The notes under the pieces were generated by a model. The model had not been told where the DNA came from. It did not search any database and was given only the letters and a program-made list of their open reading frames with translations. Positions 1 through 12,815 of a stretch of 52,276 bases of DNA are shown here, piece after piece. Position 1 is the stretch's first letter; every line of letters begins with the position of its first letter. Origin of the DNA: Hydrolagus affinis (lineage: Eukaryota). Where the stretch lies: assembly GCA_012026655.1 (NCBI GenBank), contig JAAILG010002643.1:1-52276 (forward strand), given 5' to 3'. The position numbers and the translations under genes are program-made.

Positions 1-1044
1 TGTTAAGCTACATTTCGAGACACTTATACCTGTACATTTCCCTGCTCAATATCCCAGCGTTAGCCACAAATACACAGTCACCACAATTCACGGTAAATCC
101 TCAAGACATTTTGACTAGGTGATAAGTTAAGGAGTTACATCAAATGTAAGTATTATTACTCACAGATTTAGTTTCTTCCAAGTCTTCAAATAAGTAGCGC
201 ACTTTGACAGCAAGATATTTCATGAATGTAAAATCCATTTGCTCTTATTGATGGTAGAACATTTCTTTGAATGATTCAAAATTATTGCTGAGTGCAAGAG
301 GTCTGACAGCTAAAGCTCTGTAGCTCTTAGTGATTTTTTGGAGGAAAACGAATGTGACCTTATTTCTTGTTGAGTTACTGGTCGAAAAGAGCATTTGCCA
401 TTCTCAATACATTCACTAGCAAAACAAAAAATACTGCCAAGGAAAAACTTCAAAGCTTGCACCAGTGGCTCCTCAGTCTGAGCCATGAGAGCTTCATCGT
501 ATAAAACTGCGCCACAGATAAATGAAAAACTGCTCCTCAGATCCCTTGTGTCTGGCAATGGTTTTTGGACCATTTGAAAAAGGCTACGCAAGCTTTCCAC
601 TGACAATGAGAGCAAATGGTGTTTATATTTATTATAAGGCATGTCATTACAATGTGTTTAGTTTTAGCTTTAGCAGTGAAAAATGAAATATTGTATGAAT
701 GTAATAATCTTCAAAGGATTTCAAAGGTTATTAGTATTATCATAAGCCTAGTGTGTCTCCAGATGTTCTTGCCTCTAGTTTGGAAAATAATGTTCAATAA
801 CAATCCCAACACGAGGTGATTGGTTAAATATGTTAGATAGATTACTGGCCTTGAAGACAGGATTAAAAAAAAGTCTATTCAGGAATAATAAATACCTTTA
901 TTACTGACCTAGGAGGAGGAGAAGAAGCTTTCATTTGGAAGAACGTCAAGAGTCATTCCAGAATGGACATTCATTTATAGAGAACGTTGGCAGAGCAGCA
1001 TCTTTGATATTTCTAACCTAAGTAACTGCTCATTCTAACCAGTG

Positions 1045-1152
1045 TATTTCACACACAAAATATGCAGTCAATTCACTTTACAGTATATTCTGTGAAGAGC
1101 TTTGAGACACCTTGAAGATGTAATGAGGTGCTATATAAAACATAAGGAATAT
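1045..1152 (+). mobile_element. SINE 3' fragment
   Basis: CAGTCAATTCACTTTACAGTATATTCTGTGAAGAGCTTTGAGAC...GTGCTATATAAA, same family as 16822-17144. Confidence 0.75.
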
Positions 1153-2234
1153 TTTTGTATTATTGGTGTACCTGGGCTATTGGCAGAGAGTCTCTGCAGA
1201 GATAATATAGCTAGCTATGCCTTTACCGGTTTTGAATTGAAAGATTTTTAAATAGCACTTTTCAGTCATTGAAGAGTTAAAAAGCACACTGTAAGTCTTA
1301 CCTTAATTTCCTTTGTATGAGCTGCAGTGTCACTGAAAGTGGCAGAGGTAGACCAACTCTTAAACATCAAAAAATTAGTCATACTGCCAGCTCTTCAATG
1401 ATGTTAAAAATGAACTAGTATTTAGTGCTGGTTGGCAGAGCTTGCACATGCACTTAGAGCTGAGTTCCTGGGAATGAATGTGGTTTGCCGACCCCTCATT
1501 GCTGTGTACAGGCACCCCATTGCCTGTACTAAAACTGTCACATTACATCCTGCTTCTCTCACTACTTGGAAGATTTAGCTTTTTTCGTGTGTGTGAAAAA
1601 GCAATGCTTAATCAGGCGTGCAGAAATTATCTGTCTTTAGAATCTGAAGGTCTTTGGTGTCTCACAGATTCACCAAAGAATCACTGATGTCAGATTTCCT
1701 GCTAGAAGTAGCTTGGGACTAGATTCCCCCGCCCCTTTGTTCTATTAATGTGTCCAATGTTGGGTTTCAGTAAAGCGACTAACCAAGGTCAAAAGGTTCT
1801 GACTTGATGGTTTAAGTTACATAGTTTTTTTTGATAATGTTTTAGCAGAACCTCGGAGTCTGTTACCATTGGTGGCTTGGGGCTCTCAGTTGCATTGGGA
1901 TATCCGCTGAAGTCACCAGAGGAAACTAACTTTCAGCTATGGTGCTGGCTCACTCGATAAGATCAGAACTGGTAGCGAAAGAGAAAATCTGTACTGTACT
2001 AAAAAAGCTTTTAACTTTACTTTTTGCTTTATCTGACTTGGGTAGTTTGTGTACATATTTAATTGATCCATTCTAAATGTATTCAGACAGTTCTTAATGT
2101 ATTTATTTAATTGAAAATCCTAAATCATTTTCAAGTTACTAATACTGCCTAATTCCTACTTGCCCCCTTTGGAGAGATGTGTTTCTGTTAAGGTAATAAT
2201 AAGTTACACTTGCAGTTATTATGTTGGAATATTA

Positions 2235-2410
2235 CAAAATACTTCACAATTAGTTACTTTGAAGTGTAGTGACCTGTTATGTAGATAAACACAACAGCTA
2301 ATCTACACCAGAAATGCACAACAAACAATACGAATACAAATGATTGATTTGCCTTCGGTGAGTTTGGCAGATGACTTCAGCATTAATACACACTACTTCA
2401 AACTGTTCAT
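2235..2410 (-). mobile_element. Degraded DeuSINE-like fragment
   Basis: ttactttgaagtgtagtgacctgttatgtag...acagctaatctacac resembles the reverse complement of the SacSINE1-type 3' region. Confidence 0.5.
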
Positions 2411-4763
2411 TACTTTAATCCAGATCAAAGCTAATGTATGTAGAATTCTGTGCACAATCTCTTTGTGTGGGCTGTATTAGACTTGTGCTGAGTTGTACGA
2501 TACATGCTGTTTCGATCTATTAGATAGCAGTTGCATTCTAAGAGTACCTTGTGATTTTGTTTTGAGAGACTGGACATTCTGACATGGTTGTCAACTTTCT
2601 AGATGTACCCACAACATTGCCAAATGCACTGTTTCCAGTTTTAAACAAGTGCATGTGTACAGAACTGAACAAAGACTCCACAAGGTTTAGTTTTATTCAC
2701 AATTTTCAACAATGTTTTTCTCTATCTTTATGATTCGCCAATTCAGATCCATATGGACAGTCATTCTCTTTGGTTTGTTTCGACCACACCATACAATTTA
2801 AAATAATGCACAAGTTAAATTAGTTTGCATGACCACAAGGTGCACAGGAAACTACAAATCCAGAACATGTGTTCGTAACATTCAAGAAAAGGTTTTAAAG
2901 TATCCTTAGGTACGTTTCCTCAAAAGAAGCAAAAAGGAAACTTTATTTAGATCTGATTTGAACATGGTTTCGTGAATTTTAAAGACGTGCTTTTCTTCAG
3001 TGTTTTTAACTTAATAATCTCCAGTATCTTATTGTATCTTTATATAGACGTTTGGGAACAAGATTGTAGTTTTAGTGAATGACCCGATACGATCAATTAT
3101 TACTGTAGTTTGTCAAAGTTCCTCATTGTTTTCTAAATATCACTGGCAATTGTTTTGGAAAAGAATTTTATCGGTCAAAATAAAACCAACTTTGTTTAAT
3201 TTGTGTGCGATTTACTTACAACATTTTTCCTGAGAATACATGTAGAATGAGGAACACTGCAGAATGTTCCCATTGCCCTCGTCTTGTGTACTGTATGCAG
3301 CAGCTGGTACTTGTAGAAATTCCAAACAGTATTGCATTAAAAAAAAATCCATGAGTCCATGAAAGCCATTCTTCAATGTTTGCCAGTTTAAAAAGACCTG
3401 TGAATGCCTCAGTCAAGTGGCCTATTTTGTTGAGCTTGCTGTTGACTGCCTAAATAGCTGAACCACAAGAATTCAATGTGTTGCCTCAGTTGAAGAGAAG
3501 AAAGGATGTAGTTCTTGTGTGGCTGAGTTGTGCATTTTTCAGGGACGCACACGTTTTTTTGTGGACTACTGGGTGTGGAATTTGCATTTAGCCTCTTTGG
3601 TTCAATGAAGGACTAAATTCACTATTCAGTAATGATGGGCTTTCGCTTCTTCATTCAAGGTTGTGAAGCAAAAAGCGCAAAAGAAAACAAGGGAATCAGT
3701 CCATTTGACTAATTTGCTTAGGGTGCCTTGAGGTAAACAGAAGTAGAATAAATTGGAATAACATAAAATCCTGCAATTTGGCTGGAGTTTTGCACAAATT
3801 CAGTCTATTGCAAAGAAAACACCATGAGTCACTGATACAAGCTCAGAACAAGGGTTGAATTAAATACTTCCTGAAGAGTGTAAAGTGTATTTATCTGGTA
3901 GCACCAACTTTTGATGTAGATATTCACGGTGTCTGCTGTAGATATTGGATGCCCTATCCTGTGGTTTATCATGTACGTTTAGAAAAAGTTGTGCATCAAG
4001 TTTCAGGAGCTTTCCAGTCTTGCAATTGGGAACATGAAACAGTAATAACTGTGGTTATATATTGTTGAGTAAAAGTAACAGCATTACTTGTGAAGTTATC
4101 AATAAAGACAGTAGAAAATGAGTCGAACAAAGCTTTACAATAGTTAAAATCCAAATGTTGCAATAGTATTCACAAGAGACAACAATCAACAGAAGGGTTA
4201 AACTGAATTCTTTGCTCATGCTTCCTGGGGTAGAAGCCGTTGTTCAGACTCTTTATACTCCCAAGTTGTTTGGTACTTGGCTGACCCCCCCCACCCTCCC
4301 CTCACCCCCCCCTTACATTATAACATTTTGAAAAAAGCCAACCAAACTAGTATAAACTTTGGAGCAATGTGCCTGGACTTTGTAATAGAAAAATACAGAC
4401 TTGAAAGTGATTGCAGCTTCTCAACAAAAAACTTGTCAGTTTTGAAATAATGCCCTTCATGCAGTCACTGACATTAAGCTCCGTCATTGCAACAATTTAC
4501 AAATGTGAGATGGAAATCCTGTAGTATCCTATCCAGCCTGCTGCCACCAGATTTACCTTTGAAAGTATTTTACTCCATCTATAGTTGCCACGTCACCCTG
4601 TTTGGAGCGCCAACTTATTTTCTTTTAATGTTATTAAAAAAAGATTTAGCCTTTGGGAACAAGCATAGTCTCATCACATTACCTTGTGCAGAATTAAAAA
4701 CTTAATTCCTGGTATAAATAAATTGTTGAGATACAAGTAGTTTAAGAAATCTGGTTAGGGTCC

Positions 4764-4833
4764 ACAACAACAAAAACAGCAACAAAATTACACTTGTATA
4801 GCGCCTTTCACGTTGGGAGGACGTCCCAATGTG
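4764..4833 (-). mobile_element. Isolated L2-type 3' tail with (GTT)n end
   Basis: Reverse complement TTGGGACGTCCTCCCAACGTGAAAGGCGCTATACAAGTGTAATTTTGTTG.. is very close to 48874-48945. Confidence 0.8.
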
Positions 4834-5009
4834 TTGGATCAATAATACTGATTATCTGTTATTTTCACCAACTAAATTTGGGGGGTTTAATGTAATCTGC
4901 TCTTATTACTATAGGGATGGAGTCGAGGGTGGGGATGACTTTTTCTAAAAGAAACTCCCCTGAAAGCACTGATACATTTGGAAGGCAGACTTCCACAAAT
5001 GCGAGTAGT

Positions 5010-5690
5010 TAGTCAGCAGCTCATTCAAGTGATCTTTCTTCCTGCGTGAGCCTAGACGAGGATTGCTGGCAGGATATTCAACCACAGAGGACATTGCTAT
5101 TGCTCAGTTGGGTGTCCACATGTGAAAACCCATTTTCATGCTTTAAGAGTTTCCAAACCAGACTGAGACTTCCACATATGTACACCATCTACGCTTGAAA
5201 ATTTCCTGTGTCTGGAATGGAATGTTCACTCCCTCGAGGATGAATCCTGCTTGTCTAAATAATTCCACACAGTATTATATTGACAGTATAATTCAGTGTT
5301 TGTCGAGAGCCAAGACCTGGGGACTTGCTGGGATATTGATAAGAATTTAACCAGCTAAAATCACATTGCCAGCTAGCCATTATGGATGTTGTGTGGCAAA
5401 CTACTTTCTACTCGTCCAAACTCGGTTCCCTTGACCCATTAGGGCTTGCAAGGTTCAATGGCAGACACCTTACCTGTGCCACTCCTCATCCACCATCCAT
5501 ATAATTATTTTCCTGCAAGGCTCCCCCTCCCCCCCCCACCCCCTCCCTCCCTTCCTCTCCAATTATAGTGCTACCATTGTTGTCCTGGCTGAAATCAAAT
5601 AGCTGCATGCAGATTAGGATTGGCACATCTAGGATCTCACCCTGCTGAATGGCTCAGTGCTAATGTGCATTTACACATTGAATCAGCGGA
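5010..5690 (-). mobile_element. AmnSINE2-like SINE in two pieces (3' part about 5010-5120, 5' part about 5520-5690)
   Basis: caagtgatctttcttc..gtgagcctagac..gctggcaggatattcaacc and caattatagtgc..cctggctgaaatc..atggctcagtgc are reverse complements of the family's 3' and 5' parts. Confidence 0.5.
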
Positions 5691-7524
5691 AGAACGTATC
5701 AGTGTCGTTGACAGCAGTATCAAACTCTCGAAAGCATGGGATTTTGTGAACATAGGATCATTCAAAAATTTCTATCTGCAATTTACACCACCAAAATGAA
5801 AATAACAAAGTCCCTGAGTTATTTAATCGTTTACAATCTGATCCTATACACTAACAAAACATAATTATTTATATTCCTGCAATTCCAGTAGAATTTCTGG
5901 GGCATGCAGGATTCAAAGCGTACAATCCGAGTGTAATTTGCTTTATATGTTTGTTGCTTATGTCATCGAAAAGAAGCACTTCAGCTGCACTTTAATGGCT
6001 CCTACGGATTTTTCTAGTAATTAGACCATTAGGGTACTGAGGCCACATCTTGTTAGTACTGAACAGTTGATAATTGAATTTGATTTTTGTTCACTAAGTC
6101 CGCTAATGCACAGTCCCATGGCTAGACTCATTAAGAAGTTTGACTAGATGGTTAGATATCCATTTAATTTGTAGACCTATCCTCTGTGGGAACAGTTATA
6201 TGTTTTTTATTGTTCTTCATTTTTGTAAAGTGACACTGAGTTGAGGAATGTTGGAAGGGGAGCAATACATGTTAACCCTTTCTCTCTATTGACTGTTTTC
6301 ATGTGTAGAATTCCCATGTGTTAAAGGCAATGCAGGCATAAGGTTGTATATGGACATGTTTGGAGCATTCCATGGATGTTTTACCTCTGATCTAACGAAG
6401 TCGAGCATCAAATGCTTGACTTCTGTTTCCTATAGAGTATTATTTTTCAAGCTTTAATATGCATTTGTAAAGATACCGATTTATTGAAAAATTAATCTGT
6501 CTTTGCAAATGCACATAGTTATTTTTAAATAAAGTGTTTAACTTTTGTCATTTTTCGAAAATAATAAAAGTTGATCATTTAAGTTATGGCAGCTACAAAG
6601 GACTGGACACAACCTTAAAAGGAATTGATTGAAAATAACTTTGTATAATAATTTTTATAATTTATGTAAGTTATTTATAATATACAAGTTTGTTTTAATT
6701 TATGGAGCAGTGTTATTTTGAAATAAATTCCATTTTGTTCCATTTTAAACTTCCCTCCTGAGAATATTGAAAGAGTTCACAAGATCATGCCAAGAAAGGA
6801 CAATTTGAATCACAGCAGGCATTAAATTATCAGAAAATAGAAATACGTAGTCCAAAATGTTGTAATGGAAAAAATTAATTAAGTTTTTTTCTATGTGGCT
6901 GTGCTTTGCATACAAACAAGTTCATTTAGAGTTGCATTTTTGTGGTCATTATAACTGTGGCATGAAACTTATTTGCCTGTTGGAAGAACTCCCAAAATAA
7001 TTATTGCAAGCATGGATGTCATTAGAAACATGGGAGCTGGGAGAACCTAAGTAGAATGTATGTGAATCTAGCCACCTAAACTGACATCACACACCACCTG
7101 GTGAAAGAGTATCCCATACTCCAATCCCACCCTCTTTTTATGTGATTCTAGTCAGGTTATTGGTGAAGAAAGACGCCTCTTCCTTTACAAGAGAAGGAAT
7201 CATGCAAGGGTATGACTGTAAAAGCCAGGCACTAATTCACTTTGAATAGGTCAGTCTGAAGAAGCAGGAGTCAATCCTTGTATTAACTGTATTAACTGAT
7301 CTCCATTGGGTTCATCATGACTGCACTGCTGGTGGTTGAGTAGCAAAAGGTCACTCATATGAATGAGTAATTCTCAGCCTAAGGTTAGTGGGTCATAGAA
7401 ACCTACAGGAAGGTGGAAATGTGTTTCATTCTGAAGTTTCTTTCAAAATGTCTTTTGTCATCAATTGAGACAGGCGGAAAAAACCCCCCGCTAAAAAGTT
7501 CCTAATTCCATATAGTAGCAGTTT

Positions 7525-7717
7525 CAGTTGGCAAGTTATTGATTGTACGTATCCCCTTCTATGGCTCGGTTGACAGACACCAACCCAGCAGGAATCCTAA
7601 AGGGTACATCGGGAGCGCTACTGAAATTGAACCAGCTGAATCTGTGTAGCTTACTAGTAAGCGCTCTGAGACGCCGTCCGGCATGGAGGGCCCTATATAA
7701 ATAGAAGTTGTTGTTGT
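7525..7717 (+). mobile_element. SINE of a different body type sharing the L2-like tail
   Basis: Ends GTAAGCGCTCTGAGACGCCG..CTATATAAATAGAAGTTGTTGTTG. The CpG-retaining body is unlike the DeuSINE copies, and the 5' limit is uncertain. Confidence 0.6.
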
Positions 7718-10700
7718 AAGAGAGAGACACTTGTTTTTGTAACAGACACCGGGAAACTTCTTATTAGTTGTCCTGCCTGGAGCACTTTTCCCGGTAGGCG
7801 TTGGCTTGCATGGTTACCTGGAGGTGCCAAGTGGGAAGTATTTCATCCTCCAGTGGCATTTTGTAAGTCCCATTGATTGTTCAGGTATTCAGGTTAGTTG
7901 TTAGCATTGCCGTGAAGCAACTCGGACCTGCAAGTAGCTGTTGGATTATCAAGCCCTCCAGATAAAGCAACACAAAGCAACTCTATTCCCTTTTCCAGGC
8001 TTGTCATCATGGAGTCGATTCAAATCCAGTGAAACCTCCTTCCAAGGAGGATCATACTCTTGATACCATTATATTTTTTGCGCGGTTTATTGCTTCTCGA
8101 TGGATTATTTGTTCTTCCAAAATGTTGGTTTATAGGGAAATAATATTGTTCAACTATTGCAATTTATTGATGCAATCTTAACTTTTTCAGCTAGGCTTAC
8201 ATTATTAATGTGTAATCCTTTCAAATATTTAATTTTAAATATTAGATTGTTATTTAACCACTGAGTGAAGTGTCATGATTCACCCACAATTGCGCTACTA
8301 TTTATTCGCACTCATTAATTGCACCCAATGATGCACTATTTCACTTTGCAAGTGCTGTACTGTATATTGATGTGCAACATGAATTAACCCCAATGTGACA
8401 TGCAGTGAGCAGAGAGATATAGAACAAGAGTGACACGTTTCCTAATTTTCAGAGTCCCAGTGTTATTCATGCTGCAGGGTGTAGCACTAAAACTTTCCAA
8501 TGTTTCTTTTACATGTCTGGAAGTGATGAGACATTGCTTGCTAAGGTATACAGATGTCGGAAGCCTTATTCATTTTTGCCTGTTTGTTCTGAATCACTCT
8601 CCCTGGAGCCTAAACAGAGTTCTGTGCCTCTGTTACAAATACACGTTAGCTGCATGACTTACACAGCAATACACTTGCAAAGTGAAACGAGACATCATTG
8701 AGCGCAGTTAATGAGTTTTAACAAACAAGGTCCATGAGTGCAGGTGAATTATGAAATATTGCTCAGTGGTTAAATAAAAAATTTAGACAGTAACTCTCTT
8801 GGTGTAAGCTGCAGCCATGGTATCCACCGGAGATTTGAAATCTTCTGGTACTGAAATCCCAACAGGTACATTATCCTTTCAGTGATTTACTTGCTGAACT
8901 TACCGACTTTGGGGTAATTCTGTTGAAATCTCTACATGTGTTGCCAGTTAAAATATGTCTGTGTACTTTTAAAATCTGTCTGGCGTGGAGCTCACCCTGG
9001 CTGTACAGTGTGTGCTAGCTTGGTACACTACCGCACTTTTATCTTCTTTAATGCTAACCATTCACTCCCTGAAATGTTTCAGTATCTGTTGCTTCCTTTC
9101 CAGGCAGATGAAAGGTCGCTCTTCCCTGTAATTGATCGTTGCTGTCTCCTGACCTGCATAAGATACCTAATTAAAGGTATTTAAAGCAGCCAATAGTGCA
9201 GCTGGCCCAGTTGAAACTTACATGCAACAATTGTCTTCAGAAGGAAGTGGGGGAAGCTATTAATGCTTCTTGTCCTATGTGTTTCTGTTTACCTTGAATT
9301 AGAATACTTATAAATCCATACAACCCCAAAAAGAAAGGGAAGTGGCTTTCAGCCATTCGATAAACCCACACTAATGTAAAATCACTTCTAAAGCCTAGAA
9401 TTCCTTTCATCAATTTTGCATGTGCACTGAACTTGTGTTCTTGGATGAAAATCTGTAAATTTGTTCCTAGGACTGCATGGAATCAGCAGACAAATGTTTA
9501 TCAAATCTGTTGAGCACTTAATGGCATTCATTAAACTAATACAGTGCAAACAGCAGTGACTCTGGGCTTTGATCAGTCAAGCTGCCTTTCCAGTAGGCTT
9601 TGGAGCCAAGACGTTTCCCTTTCATCATCTGGGCTTTGCTGGAGCTGACATGTTGATTAGAAACACAGATGGTGGAAAAAAGGCGCTGGTTGGGGGGTAG
9701 GGTGCATTTCAAGCGGGAAAGTCAGCCATGACAATTGGCACATGGTAGGGAGTCGGAGTTGGGAAAAGAACAAGCCAGCTTCTGGTGTTCATTGTGTTTT
9801 GAAAACTGCAGACACTTTTACTTTCTTTCTCAGTGTTGAATCTGCAACTGAACGTGATGTCCAGGATTAGCCACATTCTCAAAGCAATTAAATAGTTCAG
9901 GTCCTTTAATCCTTCCTGAAGAATTTAAAGGATTTCTTTCGTGAGACAATTAGTAGATCCCTAAAGCTGCAGGTTTGTGCACTGAGGGATTGGAAGAATT
10001 GTACCTGCAGCGTCTGAGCAACTGGTCTTAAGTGTTTGGGGAGAGCAAGCAGCAAGTTTGTTCATTGCTCCTGGGGATCACAGATCTGAGCAACACTCTT
10101 GCAAGGTGCAGTGTTCTTGTTGATGTATGTTTGCAGTAAAACAGTCCAATTCATGTCATTTTTCATCCTCCCAATGTGAAAGGCTCTATATATAAATGTG
10201 AATTTGTATCAAATTTTTATCTTTGCAAAAGTGATTATTATTTTGATGTAAAATGTATTGCCTTTTCAAATTCTGTTCCCAAATCTTCGAGGAAGCTTAC
10301 AGAAAGACACATTGCCATCAAGGTCATATTATGTGACCAACGATATTAGCTTTGAGAATGGGGTCAGTCAGAGCAATCGGTGTGAATAGCTCAGGAGTGT
10401 CACAGTATTTGGATAAATGCATTCCCCCCCACCCCATCCTGTGTTCTCTTTAATGGGAGTCTAGGGCATCTAGTGGCTGTGTTTAGCACAGGAGGCGCAG
10501 GCCTGATTGTTCCAGCATCGTGCACACTAATCTCAAACCAAAGAAGAGATGAAACATCTCCATTGTGTAAAATCAGTGACACCAACTGCGCTGTATTGCA
10601 ACAGTTATCTTACTCACATTAGGTCACAAGATTAGCTTGGATAAAGAAAGCCCTTCAGCACAACTGATCTCATCCTTTCAGTGTAACCTTGCCTTTTTTT

Positions 10701-12237
10701 TCATCACAGCATCAACCTGTTTTTTTTTGGAAAGTGTCCTGGCTTCTTGCCACAGTTAGACTCTGTCTAGATACCAGTCCAGAGTCATCAGAACCTAGAG
10801 AATCGTGCACAGAAGGGACTGTCAGTATTGCATGTTACACTGTACTCTTGAGTTATTATGAAGGTGGTATGAAATGTACTGCAGTAGGTATGTAAGTTGC
10901 ACTCAGACTGTATCGTCATGAAGCCAGCTCAAGTATTCATCCTTCTCCCGTCCGCTCTTGGACTTGGAAAAAAGGTTGTAATGCTACAGTATATGTGGAC
11001 CTTGTTCAGAGCATCAGCAAGGAGCTGTGTGCCAGAGAGGTACAACAGTCTTTTTTTTATCTTGATCAACTTAATATGAAGAGTAATCTATAATTTTTCT
11101 TTAAAAAACTAATAATGCAGCTAATGGATTCTTATTCGTTTGAAGGTCCATTTCAAAACTCTGACTGTTTTATCTTTATTAAAAAAAAATTATGCAGTAA
11201 TTTTTCTGCAGTAATTTTCATCTCGTGCCCCTGGCCCTACATCAGTCAGTTTTACTACAAATAATAAAATTCTTGCTCGGACATGATGGGTGGTGACGTG
11301 TCTGGAATTTACTAACAATCTGTCACATGAGATTGTGATGAACAATGGTGCAGTGCTGCAATGAAACTAAAATAAGAGTATCTTTCACACTTGTCAGTCC
11401 CATTCCGTATTTACAGCAAGTCCAGAAGATGCTTTAACTTTGTGCTTTGTTATAAACGTGGGTGTGTTGGCATGCATACAGATATGCTGAAACTGGTGTG
11501 GCTGAGATCCTTCGAGGTTGCAAGAGATTATATACATCATTAAAACTGAAACACTCTGAGGAAAGAGGCTGCTGCGTTTGTCCGGTCGGCCATTGCTACA
11601 AAAATATTTGCTCGTTTGTTCTTTTTGACAGGAAAGAAATTCTGCTATAAAGATATCATATGTTCTGTTTGGGCATTTCTCAGTAACTCACTTTCCCTTT
11701 CTCTCACATCATAAAGCTGCTATTATTTATTGAACAGTAAAACTTCCACTTCCTGCCATAAGAGGCAAAACTGTGCAGCAAAACCTTGGAACCGCATGGC
11801 GATAGGGACTGAACAAATTAGTGGTCATAATTCACTGTGAAGAGTTAAATGGTAAATCTGAAATGGAAATGCTAAATACAGTATGTAATACAAAGGTAGT
11901 CACGTTTAGTATAGACTATAATTCCTCTGTGAGATTCCAAAGATGATATAAATGGCTTAAAGTTAAACCTTTGTGGTTTATTGTCTCTAGAATGGCAGAC
12001 TTGTAGCACAATCTAAACCTGCTTTACTTATATATACATAAATTCCAGCATGCAAAACTCAGTTGGATATTTTTTTTTCCTGTACCAAGTAACGCTCAAC
12101 AAACTGATCAGGAAGCAATGCTGAAATAGTGGCACGTCAAGTAAAATAACCTAAAGCATTTACGTTACCCATTTGTACTTGTTTGAATCCAGTGTCAATG
12201 TAACATAAATTGGTACTGTCCTTAGCAGATAGACTAA

Positions 12238-12523
12238 GTGCTCTGGATGCTATCCTGCGTGAAGGGTGCTATATAAATGCAAGGATTATTATTAAGTTGT
12301 TGTTGTTGTAGGGATTGTGTGCTATATAAATGAAAGTTGTTGTAGTGATTGTGGTGATATACTGGCATAGTATGTATGAAAATGTCATGTTCTTATAGTA
12401 TTTATACTATAATTATTTTTCGCCCATGAATATACAATCAATTCACTTTACAGTATATTCTGTGAAGCGCTTTGAGATGTCTAGAAAATGTGAAAAGCAC
12501 TATATCAAATGCAAGGATTATTA
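12238..12523 (+). mobile_element. Cluster of three stacked SINE/LINE 3' tails
   Basis: GTGCTATATAAATGCAAGG(ATT)n(GTT)n at about 12267-12310, GTGCTATATAAATGAAAGTTGTTG at about 12319-12342, and a longer SINE 3' end at 12420-12523. Confidence 0.8.
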
Positions 12524-12679
12524 AGTCACTGGAGCACATAAAATATAAAAGTGGGATGTGAGGACTATTGGTACAGATGTGATGGTCTGTAGCCCAGTTT
12601 CTGCAGAATAAATGTTGAAAAGGAAGGTGGATGGGTACTTTGGAAGTAAGTGTGGTAAAGACATGGAGAAAAAGATGAT

Positions 12680-12815
12680 CAAGTATAATTAAAAAGATAG
12701 ATCTTCCCATATAAATCAATCTTATACATTGATACAGTAGATTTGTTTCTATAGGCTTTGTTACTGAGACATGGCTTCAAACCGTGGCAGCTCTCAATTC
12801 AGTGCTTAGAGATAA
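12680..12815 (+). mobile_element. Possible CR1 AP-endonuclease remnant
   Basis: gttactgagacatggcttcaa = VTETWLQ followed by tggcagctc (WQL), the CR1 endonuclease motif. Otherwise highly decayed. Confidence 0.4.

Noticed and set aside
7981-8015. Other acceptor-like pyrimidine tracts in the first intron (7998, 9103, 9833)
   Set aside because: No matching donor or NKD-like coding sequence, and such sites are expected by chance in a long intron.
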